64,000 bases of DNA, taken from the IMG/VR virus record IMGVR_UViG_3300032116_022045; one strand, given 5' to 3'. Origin of the DNA: a virus. Taxonomy: Duplodnaviria > Caudoviricetes. Shown here in pieces: positions 18,372 through 29,429 of the stretch. The notes beneath the pieces were generated by a model that worked only from the letters and a program-made list of their open reading frames with translations, did not search any database and was not told where the DNA came from. The translations under genes were made by a program, and so were the position numbers. The stretch's first letter is position 1. Each line of letters starts with the position of its first letter.

Positions 18372-19562
18372 ATGGTTACAGTAGTTTGTTCATCACAAAA
18401 CCAATTAGATGAATTTAAAGAGCATGTTATTAAAACATCTGGTTTACATAATAAATTAGAGTTTTTAGGGTATGAAAACAAAGGTGAATTTTCATTAACG
18501 GAAATTTACAATCGTGGTTTGCGTGAAGCCAAAAATAACATTGTAGTTTTTATGCACGATGATATCATAATCGAAAAAAATAAATGGGCTGAAAAGATAA
18601 TCAAACTATTCGATAAAAACCCTGATTATGGTGTTATTGGCGTTGCTGGTACTAAATACTTATCAAGTAGTGGTAGATGGTGGGAAGACCCTAAAAAGAT
18701 GTATGGTAAGGTTTCACATACACATGAAGGTAAGACATGGTTATCATCATATTCTGAAGATTTGGGTAACGAATTAGAAGAAGTTGTTTTGGTAGATGGT
18801 GTTTTTTTTGCGGTAAATAAAGATAGACTTAAAAACAATTTTAATGAAGACGTTAAGGGATTCCATTTTTATGATGTTAATTTTTGTGTTGAGAATTACT
18901 TATCTGGGGTTAAAATTGGTGTTACAACACTGGTTAGAATTAACCATATGTCTATTGGTATGACAAACGATAAATGGGAAGAAAACAGACAAAATTTTGC
19001 TGATAAATTTAAAGAAAATTTACCGTTAACTATTAAAAAAGTTTTAAGGAAAAACGAAAAATTAAATATAATGTTTGTTTCTTTAACTTTTGATGATACA
19101 ACACAAAAAAGTAATATTATTTTAGAGCTTAGTAAAAAATTAAAGAATGAAGGTCATAATATAACAATTTGTTCAAATATGAATGGTAAATTACCAAATT
19201 TGGCTAAAAATAATAAAATAATTTTATCACCAATACAACAGCCACCTGGATTTTTATTAGGTGATGGTAATTGGAAAATGAATACACAACAAGGTGAAAT
19301 AATATCTCAAAAAAATACGTTATATAAAATTAAAGAAGAAAAATTTAATATTATCCATATTTTTGACGACAATATTATAGAACACTTTGTTAAATTATAT
19401 CCTAATTCAGTATTTGTTAATACTAAACAAAGTAATTCTTTATTTGTTAATGATAATAAAAATGAATTTGTTTCTGGTTCAATAAACATCAGCAATGATT
19501 TAAATGATATTATTAAATTACATGTTAATGAATTAATTAAAGAATATGAAAATTATTTATAA
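18372..19562 (+). CDS. Glycosyltransferase (GT2/StrF-like) fused to a GT-B N-terminal-like half
   Basis: YNRGL, FMHDD, GVAG, LVDGVFFA, FHFYD; second region ELSKKLKNEGHNITI. Confidence 0.8.
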   Translation: MVTVVCSSQNQLDEFKEHVIKTSGLHNKLEFLGYENKGEFSLTEIYNRGLREAKNNIVVFMHDDIIIEKNKWAEKIIKLFDKNPDYGVIGVAGTKYLSSSGRWWEDPKKMYGKVSHTHEGKTWLSSYSEDLGNELEEVVLVDGVFFAVNKDRLKNNFNEDVKGFHFYDVNFCVENYLSGVKIGVTTLVRINHMSIGMTNDKWEENRQNFADKFKENLPLTIKKVLRKNEKLNIMFVSLTFDDTTQKSNIILELSKKLKNEGHNITICSNMNGKLPNLAKNNKIILSPIQQPPGFLLGDGNWKMNTQQGEIISQKNTLYKIKEEKFNIIHIFDDNIIEHFVKLYPNSVFVNTKQSNSLFVNDNKNEFVSGSINISNDLNDIIKLHVNELIKEYENYL

Positions 19563-20350
19563 TGGTTAAAATTGTATCTGGTTATTCTGAAAAAGGTGGT
19601 TCTACTTCAGCGTTAATTGATTTAACCAATGAATTAAATAATTATAAGATTGAAACTATTTTTTATGGTCCTCATAATTGGCATTTAGATAAATGTAATG
19701 CTAAAATATTGGATGATAGTTTAATAGTTAATAACGATGATATACTTATTTGTCATTTTTTACAATTACCTAGTAGACCAAATGCTAAAAAAGTTATATT
19801 AAGTTGTCATGAAAAATGGTGGTTTAAAGTAGGTGAAATTAAACAATATTGGGATATTGCTGTATTTTTACACGAAGAACATAGAAATTACCATAATAAT
19901 TATATTGGTGAGTCTATTATAATACCAAATCTAAAACCAAATCTAAAACCAAAAGATAAAAAAGACTTAGACTTAGTTGCTGGTATAATTGGTGCCATAG
20001 AAGATAGAAAACAAACACATATTTCTATAAAAAGAGCTTTATCTGATGGTTGCGAAAAAATAAAAATTTTTGGTAATATAAATGACCAAACATATTTTGA
20101 TTATTTTGTTAAACCATTATTGAATGATAATATTGAACTAATAGGATTTATAAATAATAAACAAGATATTTATGATTCAATTGGTCGTGTTTATCATTCA
20201 TCAAAAGGAGAAGTAGCTTGCTTAGTAAAAGATGAATGTTGGTTAACAAACACAAAATTTTTTGGTAATGAAGAAACTAATAATGAAGTTTCAACATTAA
20301 CCAATGAAGAAATTATAAATAAATGGAAAAAAATATTATTTAACTTATGA
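19562..20350 (+). CDS. GT-B (GT4-like) glycosyltransferase
   Basis: GGSTSALIDL, GAIEDRKQTH, IGFINNK. Confidence 0.7.
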   Translation: MVKIVSGYSEKGGSTSALIDLTNELNNYKIETIFYGPHNWHLDKCNAKILDDSLIVNNDDILICHFLQLPSRPNAKKVILSCHEKWWFKVGEIKQYWDIAVFLHEEHRNYHNNYIGESIIIPNLKPNLKPKDKKDLDLVAGIIGAIEDRKQTHISIKRALSDGCEKIKIFGNINDQTYFDYFVKPLLNDNIELIGFINNKQDIYDSIGRVYHSSKGEVACLVKDECWLTNTKFFGNEETNNEVSTLTNEEIINKWKKILFNL

Positions 20351-21063
20351 TAATACACGCACATATATTAGCATATAACGAAGAAAAGATATTACCCTTT
20401 ACTTTAGACTATTACTCACAATTTTGTGAAAAAATTTATATATATGATAATATGTCAACTGATAGTTCAGATGATATCTACAAGAAATACGATAAAGTTA
20501 ATGTTATAAAATGGGATAGTAATAATGAAATAAACGAAATTAATTATATAAATATAAAATCTAATTGTTACAAACAATATAGCAGACATGCTGATTGGGT
20601 TATTATATGCGATTGTGATGAGTTTTTATATCATAATAGATTAATAGACAAATTAAACTATTATAAAGAAAACAATATATCGGTACCAAAAATAAATGGG
20701 CATGATATGGTTAGTGAAACATTTCCAGTGTATGATGGTGAACTAATAACTAATAAAATAAAAATAGGTTCCGAAGTTTACCCACCATTTTGTAAAAATA
20801 TTATATTTAATCCTAAATTAGATGTTGAATATGGTATAGGTGGTCATTCATTTAATGCTAAAAATGCTGTATATTCAAATAGCCCTGAATTAAAATTATT
20901 ACATTATAAATTTTTAGGTATTGATTATGTTGAAAATATTTATAAAAATCGTGCAAAAAGACTAAGTAATTTTAATAAAGAAAATAGATTTGGTGAACAT
21001 TATTTTAATGTACCTTATGATTACATGAATAAATTATTATCTGAAAAAATAGAAGTAATATGA
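20347..21063 (+). CDS. GT2-like glycosyltransferase
   Basis: YNEE, YDNMSTD, DCDEF (DxD motif). Confidence 0.8.
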   Translation: MIIHAHILAYNEEKILPFTLDYYSQFCEKIYIYDNMSTDSSDDIYKKYDKVNVIKWDSNNEINEINYINIKSNCYKQYSRHADWVIICDCDEFLYHNRLIDKLNYYKENNISVPKINGHDMVSETFPVYDGELITNKIKIGSEVYPPFCKNIIFNPKLDVEYGIGGHSFNAKNAVYSNSPELKLLHYKFLGIDYVENIYKNRAKRLSNFNKENRFGEHYFNVPYDYMNKLLSEKIEVI

Positions 21064-21878
21064 AAAAAATATTAATATCAGATTTTACAATAAATGAAAT
21101 TCCTCATGGTGGTTCAGAATGGGTTAATGAGGTATTAATTGATAATTTTAATTTAGAATTTGAATATTCACAAAATGTTAATAGTTTTGATATAAATAAT
21201 TTTTATATTATATCAAATATTTCACTAATGCGACCAGATTTAGTAAGACAAATACCTAATTTAAATTACATTATAATTGAGAATGATTATAAAATATGTC
21301 AATCAAGGCATCCATGGCGTTGGCCAGATTCAATAATACCAAAGAATGAAAGAATAAACTATGATTTATATAAAAACGCTAAAGCTGTGTTTGTTCAAAC
21401 AAACGACCATTTAAGAGTTTTTAAAATTAATGATGTTAACGCTAATTTTGTTAATTTACATTCATCAATATGGTCAGAAAATGATTTAAATTTATTAGAA
21501 AAAATTTTAAATAACACTAATGATAAAAACGGATATTATGGTATTTATGAAACAAATAATTGGATTAAAAACACAAACGGTGCGATAGAATATTGTAAAA
21601 ATAACAATTTTAATTATAAATTAATACCTAATAACCATAATAGAGAAGTTTTTTTATCTGAAATTGCAAATTGTTCTCATTTAGTTTTTTTACCAATCGC
21701 TAGAGAAACTTTTTGTAGATTAGTTGTGGAAGCTAAATGTATGGGTGTTAATGTGATAACAACAAAAAACTACGGAGCTTCATTAGAGGGTTATTTCGAA
21801 ATGATTGGTCAAGAATTAATTGATTTTTTAAGAGAACAAACTAAAGATAATTTAAAAAAAATAAATAATTACATATGA
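21060..21878 (+). CDS. GT-B-like glycosyltransferase
   Basis: HGGSEWV N-terminus; RETFCRLVVEAKCMG C-terminal ExF-like motif. Confidence 0.65.
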   Translation: MKKILISDFTINEIPHGGSEWVNEVLIDNFNLEFEYSQNVNSFDINNFYIISNISLMRPDLVRQIPNLNYIIIENDYKICQSRHPWRWPDSIIPKNERINYDLYKNAKAVFVQTNDHLRVFKINDVNANFVNLHSSIWSENDLNLLEKILNNTNDKNGYYGIYETNNWIKNTNGAIEYCKNNNFNYKLIPNNHNREVFLSEIANCSHLVFLPIARETFCRLVVEAKCMGVNVITTKNYGASLEGYFEMIGQELIDFLREQTKDNLKKINNYI

Positions 21879-22771
21879 TAACAAGACTAAAAGATTTTTT
21901 TATAACTAAATTGACATTATTTTTAATGTCTATTTCAAAAATAGAAAAAGAAACTTTAACAAATCAAAACAAATCTTCTAACGATAACAAAAATAACGAT
22001 AGGAGAGCAACACAAGGTCAATTAGCTGACTCATTATTAAATGGTGAAATAACAAAAGAAGTTGAAAATTTTAGATGGAGAACATATAAAATATTAAGAC
22101 AAATTGAAGGGTTAGAATCAACTATAATTGGTTATGATGATGATGGTTTTCCGATAGTAGAAACTAAAAAAATAAATAGGAAAGAATCATTATCAAAAAT
22201 AAAATTAGATGAATATGATAATTATGAATTAGAAATGGTTGTTGATAATACCCCAATAACTGTTTCTATTGCTGACACCCTAAAAACAATTAATGATGAC
22301 GAATTAATTGATGAAATACAGCATAATGCTAATTTTAAGAATACTTACCCTTTAACCATAAAAAGAAAAATAATATCAAGTTTTGACATTGAAAAATATA
22401 CTAAAAAGTTAAATGTTAGAATTATTGATAATAATAAAAGATTATTAGAGTTCTATATAAGCAAATATCCAGATATAGAAAATAAGACACATAAATTATT
22501 CATCAATAAATTGAAAAAAACTATTGATAATCCAAATAGTAGTAATATTTTTAATATAGATAGCGTTTATTTTATAACTAACAAAACGATTGGCGTTGTT
22601 GATTTATTAGAATTTGAATTTAATAATTTAATATATGATAAGACAATTGAATTTGATGGTTATTACGTTGTTAAATTTGTAGGTGAAATAGAAAAAAATG
22701 GTTTGGATTTAACTAACAAATATTTAAACGAAAAATTAGAAATCAAATACGATAATAAAGTTAAGAAATGA
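21875..22771 (+). CDS. Hypothetical protein inside the glycan island
   Basis: 298-aa ORF translationally coupled to its neighbours. Confidence 0.6.
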   Translation: MITRLKDFFITKLTLFLMSISKIEKETLTNQNKSSNDNKNNDRRATQGQLADSLLNGEITKEVENFRWRTYKILRQIEGLESTIIGYDDDGFPIVETKKINRKESLSKIKLDEYDNYELEMVVDNTPITVSIADTLKTINDDELIDEIQHNANFKNTYPLTIKRKIISSFDIEKYTKKLNVRIIDNNKRLLEFYISKYPDIENKTHKLFINKLKKTIDNPNSSNIFNIDSVYFITNKTIGVVDLLEFEFNNLIYDKTIEFDGYYVVKFVGEIEKNGLDLTNKYLNEKLEIKYDNKVKK

Positions 22772-23505
22772 ATAAAGATATTACAGTTATTTTAAATGGT
22801 TATAAACGACCACAGTTTTTAAAAGAGCAGGTCGACTCAATTTTTAATCAAACAATAAAACCTAGTGAAATTATGTTTTGGCAAAATGGTATTAATGATT
22901 TTGATGAAAACATAAAAAACAATTTAACATCTATTGTATCAAATACAAATTTAGGTGTTTGGGCTAGGTTTGCTTTAGCTTTAAATGCTAAAACAGAATA
23001 TATTTGTATTTTTGATGATGACACAATACCAGGTGACATGTGGTTTGAAAATTGTTTGGAAACAATGAAAACGCATGAAGGTTTGCTAGGTACTATTGGT
23101 TTAATATACGATACACCAAATAGCTACAGACCAAATACAAGATTTGGTTGGGCTGATATTAATAATCCAGAAACAATAATGGTTGATATTGTTGGTCATT
23201 GTTGGTTTTTTAAAAGAGATTGGTTATCCGCTTATTGGAGAGAATTACCACCAATAGGTTTAACAACTGTTGGTGAAGACATGCATTTTTCTTATACTAT
23301 CCAAAAATATTTAGGTTTAAATACATACGTACCACCTCATCCAGAAGATAATAAAAGATTGTGGGGAAGTTTAAAAGGTTGGGAAATGGGTACTGAAAAA
23401 AACGCTTTATCATTTAATAATAATAATTTAACACTTATGGATAATTATCATAAAGATTTAATATCTAAAGGTTTCAAATTAATTAGACATGGAAAAATTC
23501 AATAG
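22768..23505 (+). CDS. GT-A/GT2-like glycosyltransferase
   Basis: ILNGYKRP, IFDDDTIPG (DxD), GEDMHFS. Confidence 0.78.
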   Translation: MNKDITVILNGYKRPQFLKEQVDSIFNQTIKPSEIMFWQNGINDFDENIKNNLTSIVSNTNLGVWARFALALNAKTEYICIFDDDTIPGDMWFENCLETMKTHEGLLGTIGLIYDTPNSYRPNTRFGWADINNPETIMVDIVGHCWFFKRDWLSAYWRELPPIGLTTVGEDMHFSYTIQKYLGLNTYVPPHPEDNKRLWGSLKGWEMGTEKNALSFNNNNLTLMDNYHKDLISKGFKLIRHGKIQ

Positions 23506-24208
23506 TGATTTTGACTATTTTTGGGGTTTAATCGAAAATAATAATAATTTTACTTTCACAAGATATGCTGATGGTGAAGTTATGTTAATGAATGGTATAT
23601 CAGTAAAAGAAGGTACACAAGCATACAATGTTGATAAATGGTCAGCGCCAACTGGTTTAACAAAAGTTGGCAGAGAATTAATTGAAAGTTTAAATCATAT
23701 CGAAGATAATTATTATTACGCCATATCATCAAAAACAGATAACATAAATGATTATTCATTTTTAAGAAATAATATAAAACAAAATGATGATAAAATAACT
23801 TTTGTAAACCTTTGGATTAATGCTAATTATGGTAAATCAATCGAAAAATATAAATCCTTAAAAAGAGATGTAACATTAATTTGCAATTATAAAGCTAAAA
23901 AAGAAAACTTCCCATTTAAAGTTAATAAAATTTATCCTTTCCCAAATAATTGTGTTGAATATTGGGAAACTAGTGGTGATAATTTTATTGAAATGTTATT
24001 AACTGATTTTGGTTATAAACAAAATGAATTGTTTTTTATTTCTTGCGGTCCTATTTCAGAGATTATTATAGATAAACTATATCGTAACAACCCAAATAAC
24101 ACTTACGTTGATGTAGGGTCTTCTATTGACGAATTTGTGCATGGTTATAAAACTAGACCTTACATGTATGATAACACTATTTACAGTAAAATGATTTCTA
24201 GTTTTTAA
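23489..24208 (+). CDS. GT-D-fold (DUF1792-like) glycosyltransferase
   Basis: FTRYADGE, ISCGP and VDVGSSID resemble the DUF1792 motifs RFGDGE, ALGP and DIGH. Confidence 0.55.
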   Translation: MEKFNSDFDYFWGLIENNNNFTFTRYADGEVMLMNGISVKEGTQAYNVDKWSAPTGLTKVGRELIESLNHIEDNYYYAISSKTDNINDYSFLRNNIKQNDDKITFVNLWINANYGKSIEKYKSLKRDVTLICNYKAKKENFPFKVNKIYPFPNNCVEYWETSGDNFIEMLLTDFGYKQNELFFISCGPISEIIIDKLYRNNPNNTYVDVGSSIDEFVHGYKTRPYMYDNTIYSKMISSF

Positions 24209-24209
24209 A

Positions 24210-24902
24210 ATGATACAAGTAGTATATACGCATAGTAATTGCTCTGATTTATGGGAGATGTTTATTGAACAAAATAAAAAACACATAGGTTGGCCAATAT
24301 TTTTTATAACTAATAAATTAATACCTAATTATCCAGAAGATAGTCAGTACATCTACAATGACACTGACAATTATTCTGATGTTTGGATATCTGTATTAAA
24401 TAAAATTAATTCTGAATTTTTTATTTATTTACAAGAAGATTTTATTTTATATAATGACGCTAACATAAATAAAATTAATGATTACACTAACTTTTTAAAA
24501 AATAGTGATTATTCATTTGTAAGATTAATAAAATCTGGTGACATCAATCAAAAAATAACTGAAACACTGTATGAAATTTCTTCATCAAACCAATTTATTT
24601 TTGCTATGCAAACAACTATATGGAAAACAAAAGACTATATAAAAATTTTAGAAAACGTACATGAAGAAAAATGGTTAGAAACAGATGGATATAAAAATTA
24701 TATGTCACAAAATAATATAAAAGGTTTATCACATTATGATAGTGAACCAAAAAGAGGTGGTAACCATTCGGATAGTAATGTCTATCCTTACATAGCAACA
24801 GCTTTGGTTAAAGGTAAATGGATACTTTCAGAATATCCCAACGAATTAACACCAATTCTAACTAATTACGGAATCAATCAAAACATACGAGGTGTAATAT
24901 AA
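24210..24902 (+). CDS. Putative GT-A glycosyltransferase
   Basis: FIYLQEDFIL motif. Confidence 0.55.
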   Translation: MIQVVYTHSNCSDLWEMFIEQNKKHIGWPIFFITNKLIPNYPEDSQYIYNDTDNYSDVWISVLNKINSEFFIYLQEDFILYNDANINKINDYTNFLKNSDYSFVRLIKSGDINQKITETLYEISSSNQFIFAMQTTIWKTKDYIKILENVHEEKWLETDGYKNYMSQNNIKGLSHYDSEPKRGGNHSDSNVYPYIATALVKGKWILSEYPNELTPILTNYGINQNIRGVI

Positions 24903-24945
24903 CAATAAGTATTTACTATAACGTTAAAAAGAATATATTTGTAAT

Positions 24946-25707
24946 ATGAAATACATTGCATTAAACTACAGTTATGACTTAAATAAAATGGTCGATATTG
25001 GTCGAAAATGGGCTTTTGATATCTATAAAAATGATGATTTTATTTGTGATTATTCAGCAGCTTCATATGCAACGTTTATTGATAAAAATCCAACTAAACT
25101 TCTTTATCTTTATTGTGACAACATTGAAAAAATGAAGTCTAAAATGAATCATTATAACATTGACCAAGATAGAATAATTTATATTGATTACAGTGATGTT
25201 ATAAGACAATACGGTAATGATTTATCATATAGTTTTACAGTATTAAACGATTTTATAAACAATGCGAAATCTGATAAAGAATATACTATAAAAATTGATA
25301 ATGATTTAATTTTTAAAGAAGAATTACCAGAACCAGACCCAAATAGTATTATGGTTTGGAAATATGAAAGAATAGTTAAAAACGGTGATGTAAGATGGGG
25401 TGAAATTAAAATATGTAATGAAGTACTTAATGATTTAGATTTTAAAATTTATAATTTAGGATTATTTGGGTTACCTCATGATTATCAAAAACATGAGGCC
25501 AAAGAAATAATGGATAAAATGATTTCGGTTGATATTTCTGATGTCACTGATGTTGATTCTAAAATTTATCATTGTTGTGAACAAACAGCTAACAATTATG
25601 TATTTCATAAATACGGTTATAATATTATTGAAACGTATCAATATGTTGACCACAATTTTGACAATAAAGGTAAATGTATTACCGATGCTAAATATTTAAA
25701 AAAATAA
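24946..25707 (+). CDS. Putative GT-A-like glycosyltransferase
   Basis: IKIDNDLIF DxD motif, YNLGLFG, CEQ. Confidence 0.45.
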   Translation: MKYIALNYSYDLNKMVDIGRKWAFDIYKNDDFICDYSAASYATFIDKNPTKLLYLYCDNIEKMKSKMNHYNIDQDRIIYIDYSDVIRQYGNDLSYSFTVLNDFINNAKSDKEYTIKIDNDLIFKEELPEPDPNSIMVWKYERIVKNGDVRWGEIKICNEVLNDLDFKIYNLGLFGLPHDYQKHEAKEIMDKMISVDISDVTDVDSKIYHCCEQTANNYVFHKYGYNIIETYQYVDHNFDNKGKCITDAKYLKK

Positions 25708-25709
25708 TT

Positions 25710-26789
25710 ATGAATAACGGAATATCTATAATTGGGGTTGGTAAATTAGGATTATGTTTAGGTCTTAATTTAGAACGAAAAGGTTACAATATACTAGGGG
25801 TTGATTTATCAGAAGAATATATTAATTTGTTAAATAATAAAGAATATAAAACAGAGGAACCATATGTTGAAGAATATTTGAAAAATAGTAAAAATATTTT
25901 ATTTACCACTGATTTGAAAAAATCATTAGAGAATGATGTTTTATTTATCGTTGTTCAAACCCCATCAACAACTGATTGGCAATATGACCATTCAAATATT
26001 GATAAGATATGCAATACATTTATTTCTTTTGGAGTACAAAAAACTAGAAAAGATTTAATAATAAACTCAACAACATTTCCAGAATACTGTGAAAAATTAC
26101 ATGAGAAAATGGTTAAGTATAATTTTCATATTTCTTATAACCCAGAATTTATTGCTCAAGGTTCTATAATTAAAGACCAAATTAATTGTGATAACGTTTT
26201 AATTGGAGAATGTGATATTATGGCTGGTAATTTAATTCAATCTATTTATGAAAATATGTGTGAGTCAAACCCTATTATGAATAGAATGAGTTTAACAGAA
26301 GCTGAATTAACAAAAATAGCAGTTAATTGTTTTCTAACAACTAAAATTAGTTACGCCAATATGATTGGCGATATTGCCGAAAGATTAAATTGCGATTCAA
26401 ACACTATATTAAATGCTGTTGGTTCAGATTCAAGGATTGGAGTTAAATACCTAAAACATGGTTTTGGTTTTGGTGGTCCTTGTTTCCCTAGAGACAACCG
26501 AGCATTATCAAATTGTGCCTCAAAAGTTGGGATTGATGCTGTTATATCCAAAGCAACTGACGAAATGAATAATAAACATTTAGAATACCAAATTGAAAAC
26601 TTTGTTAAAAACAATCCTAATAAAGACAATGAGGTAGAAATTGAATATGTCACATATAAAAAGGATAGTACCATCATTGAAGAATCACAACAATTAAGAT
26701 TTGCTGTTAGGTTAAAAGAATTAGGATATAAAATAAAATTATTAGATAATAGGGTTGAAGTTATTAAACAATTAAATAATATGTTATGA
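25710..26789 (+). CDS. ugd: UDP-glucose/GDP-mannose 6-dehydrogenase family
   Basis: IGVGKLG, VQTP, YNPEF, AELTKIAVN, GFGFGGPCFPRD. Confidence 0.92.
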   Translation: MNNGISIIGVGKLGLCLGLNLERKGYNILGVDLSEEYINLLNNKEYKTEEPYVEEYLKNSKNILFTTDLKKSLENDVLFIVVQTPSTTDWQYDHSNIDKICNTFISFGVQKTRKDLIINSTTFPEYCEKLHEKMVKYNFHISYNPEFIAQGSIIKDQINCDNVLIGECDIMAGNLIQSIYENMCESNPIMNRMSLTEAELTKIAVNCFLTTKISYANMIGDIAERLNCDSNTILNAVGSDSRIGVKYLKHGFGFGGPCFPRDNRALSNCASKVGIDAVISKATDEMNNKHLEYQIENFVKNNPNKDNEVEIEYVTYKKDSTIIEESQQLRFAVRLKELGYKIKLLDNRVEVIKQLNNML

Positions 26790-27544
26790 AATTAAATGAA
26801 GAAATTAGTGAATGGTTAAAAAGCTATTTAATTAATAATAAATTAGATTGTTTTGTTATTGGTATTAGTGGCGGTGTAGACTCGGCTCTAACATCAATTT
26901 TATGTGCCATTACTGGTGTTAAAACAATAGTTGTAAGTTTACCTATAAGACAAAATAAAGAACAGTTAAATAGGGTCACTAACCATATTAAATGGTTAAA
27001 AGAACGTTTTAGTAATGTTAAATCATATGAGATAGATTTGACCAAAACTTTTAACACGTTTGAACAATTGTTTGATGATAAAAATGAATTAGCATTAGCT
27101 AATTCAAGGTCTAGATTAAGAATGACTACTTTATATCAAATAGCTGGTTCGAATAAAGGATTAGTTGTTGGGACTGGAAATAAAATTGAAGATTTTGGTA
27201 TTGGTTTTTTTACTAAATATGGAGACGGTGGTGTAGATATCTCACCAATAGCTGATTTATTAAAAAGTGAAGTTTTTACTATGGCTAAAGAACTTGGTGT
27301 TATCGATGAAATAATAAACGCAAAACCAACAGATGGTTTATGGGATGATAACCGTAGTGATGAAGACCAAATTGGCGCTACATATGACGAACTAGAAAAA
27401 ATAATGACTTACACTGGGTCATTAAAAAATTTAACAGAAAGAGAATTAGAAGTGTATAACATTTACACTAGACTAAATAAATTAAATAAACATAAAATAA
27501 CACAAATTCCAATTTTTAAAAAAAATGAAATACACGCAAATTAA
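26786..27544 (+). CDS. nadE: NH3-dependent NAD+ synthetase
   Basis: GISGGVDSA, NSRSRLRMTTLY, GTGNKIE, FFTKYGDG, PTDGLW. Confidence 0.95.
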   Translation: MKLNEEISEWLKSYLINNKLDCFVIGISGGVDSALTSILCAITGVKTIVVSLPIRQNKEQLNRVTNHIKWLKERFSNVKSYEIDLTKTFNTFEQLFDDKNELALANSRSRLRMTTLYQIAGSNKGLVVGTGNKIEDFGIGFFTKYGDGGVDISPIADLLKSEVFTMAKELGVIDEIINAKPTDGLWDDNRSDEDQIGATYDELEKIMTYTGSLKNLTERELEVYNIYTRLNKLNKHKITQIPIFKKNEIHAN

Positions 27545-28142
27545 TTTATATACAGGGGATGATTATAAAGATTACGAAAAAGCAACAGTAGACCTATTTA
27601 GAGGTTTGATTAAAGATGACTGGACTGTATTTGATTGTGGTGCTAAAACTGGTTTTTTCACATTACTATTTTCAGAATTATGTGAAAATGGTATGGTTCA
27701 TGCATTTGAACCTACATCAACATTTGACATGTTAGTTAACAATATAAATCATTATGGTATTAGCAATACAATATTAAATAAACTAGCATTAGGTGATAAA
27801 TCTGGTAGTATAGAAGACGAGATTTTCAGAATATGGGGGCAACCATCTGAAAGAATGGTTTACGATTTTATAACAATTGATGATTATTGTGAAAAAAATA
27901 AAATTGAACGATTAGATTTTATAAAAATAGACGTTGATTCATACGATTTTGATTTATTAAAAGGTGCGGTAAAAACATTAAATAAATTAAAACCAATGAT
28001 AACTGTTGAATTAAACTATGCGCTTAACTTTAGAAATGCAACTGAACAAGAGGTTATTGATTGGTTGGTAACTAAAGAATATTCATTAGCTTATGTGACT
28101 AATGACCAAAATCATACATTTATTCATAATAATAAACTTTAA
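27525..28142 (+). CDS. FkbM-family methyltransferase
   Basis: FDCGAKTG, AFEP, FIKIDVD. Confidence 0.88.
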   Translation: MKYTQINLYTGDDYKDYEKATVDLFRGLIKDDWTVFDCGAKTGFFTLLFSELCENGMVHAFEPTSTFDMLVNNINHYGISNTILNKLALGDKSGSIEDEIFRIWGQPSERMVYDFITIDDYCEKNKIERLDFIKIDVDSYDFDLLKGAVKTLNKLKPMITVELNYALNFRNATEQEVIDWLVTKEYSLAYVTNDQNHTFIHNNKL

Positions 28143-28143
28143 T

Positions 28144-28722
28144 ATGACACAAGGTGCTTTAGAAGATAACTTTGTTTATCAAGAATTTAAAAATTTAATT
28201 AAAAAATTTAATATTAAAAAAATTATTGAAACTGGAACTTATTATGGTTGGTCAACTATGAAATTAGCTGAGTTTGGTATTGATGTTACCACTATAGAAT
28301 ATTCGGAAAAAAATTACAATATTGCTGTTAGTAATTTTAATAAAACAAACTTTACAAATATACAAGCAATATTTGGAAGTTCACCAGATATTTTAGATAA
28401 GATTCTAACTAATGATGATAATGACACTATTTTGTTTTTAGATGCTCACTGGTACGAATACTGGCCAATACACGATGAACTTAGGGTTTGTATAAAAAAG
28501 AAAATTAAACCAGTTATAATAATACATGATTTTTTTGTACCAGATGAAAATGGTAACCCTAAATTTGGGTTTGATAAATATGGTGAACAAAGTTTGGATT
28601 TTAATTATATTAAATCTTTTTTGGATGAAATATATGGTGTAAACAATTATGATTATCATTATAACGAAGAATCAGATAATGTGGGACAAGGAGTTATTTA
28701 TATATATAAAAAAAATGGATAA
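28144..28722 (+). CDS. Class I SAM methyltransferase (start moved to 28144)
   Basis: IIETGTYYG, TTIE, FLDAH, IIIHDF. Confidence 0.8.
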   Translation: MTQGALEDNFVYQEFKNLIKKFNIKKIIETGTYYGWSTMKLAEFGIDVTTIEYSEKNYNIAVSNFNKTNFTNIQAIFGSSPDILDKILTNDDNDTILFLDAHWYEYWPIHDELRVCIKKKIKPVIIIHDFFVPDENGNPKFGFDKYGEQSLDFNYIKSFLDEIYGVNNYDYHYNEESDNVGQGVIYIYKKNG

Positions 28723-29428
28723 AAAAATTATAGATAAGTTGTTTTCACATATTCTGGAAAACAATAAAATAAAAATACCAACATGGGTTAAACGTGTTAA
28801 GTTAGACGTTGGCACATCATTAAATGCACCTAACTCTCAAAAATGGTTAGAAAGTGATTCTGAACTTTGTGTTTTTGGTTTTGAACCTAACATTTATAAC
28901 CTACAAATTTTACACACTGGAATACATAGATGGCCAATAAAATTAGATTTAGATAAAATTAATAAATCTTTTTTTTATGTTAATTGTGCATTATCAGATA
29001 TTATAGCTGAAAATGTTGATTTTTATTGTACCGATTATGAAAACCCTGGTACCTCTAGTTTATTTAAACCAACTATGACAAACGTTGATGTTGTAACTAA
29101 AGTATCTGTAATTAGATTATCTGATTTTTTTGATTTGTTTCCGTGGGAATCGATTCAATATATTGACCAAGTTAAAATTGATGCACAATCAGCTGATTTT
29201 AATATTGTAAGAGGTATGGGTGATTATTTAGCAGATAGAGTTGTTTATTTAGATGTTGAAGCAACAACTAATGGACAATATGAAAACGTTGAAGACCCTA
29301 GTGGGTTAAAAGAATATATTGAATATAAAGGTTTTGAATGCTTAGAGTGGGGGATGAACGCTAGATTTCGTAACCGTAAATTTTCAGATATATACGATAA
29401 AATTAATTATATATTTTTAAACGATTAA
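28715..29428 (+). CDS. FkbM-like methyltransferase (start moved to 28715)
   Basis: LDVGTS, FGFEPN, VKIDAQSAD. Confidence 0.78.
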   Translation: MDKKIIDKLFSHILENNKIKIPTWVKRVKLDVGTSLNAPNSQKWLESDSELCVFGFEPNIYNLQILHTGIHRWPIKLDLDKINKSFFYVNCALSDIIAENVDFYCTDYENPGTSSLFKPTMTNVDVVTKVSVIRLSDFFDLFPWESIQYIDQVKIDAQSADFNIVRGMGDYLADRVVYLDVEATTNGQYENVEDPSGLKEYIEYKGFECLEWGMNARFRNRKFSDIYDKINYIFLND

Positions 29429-29429
29429 T

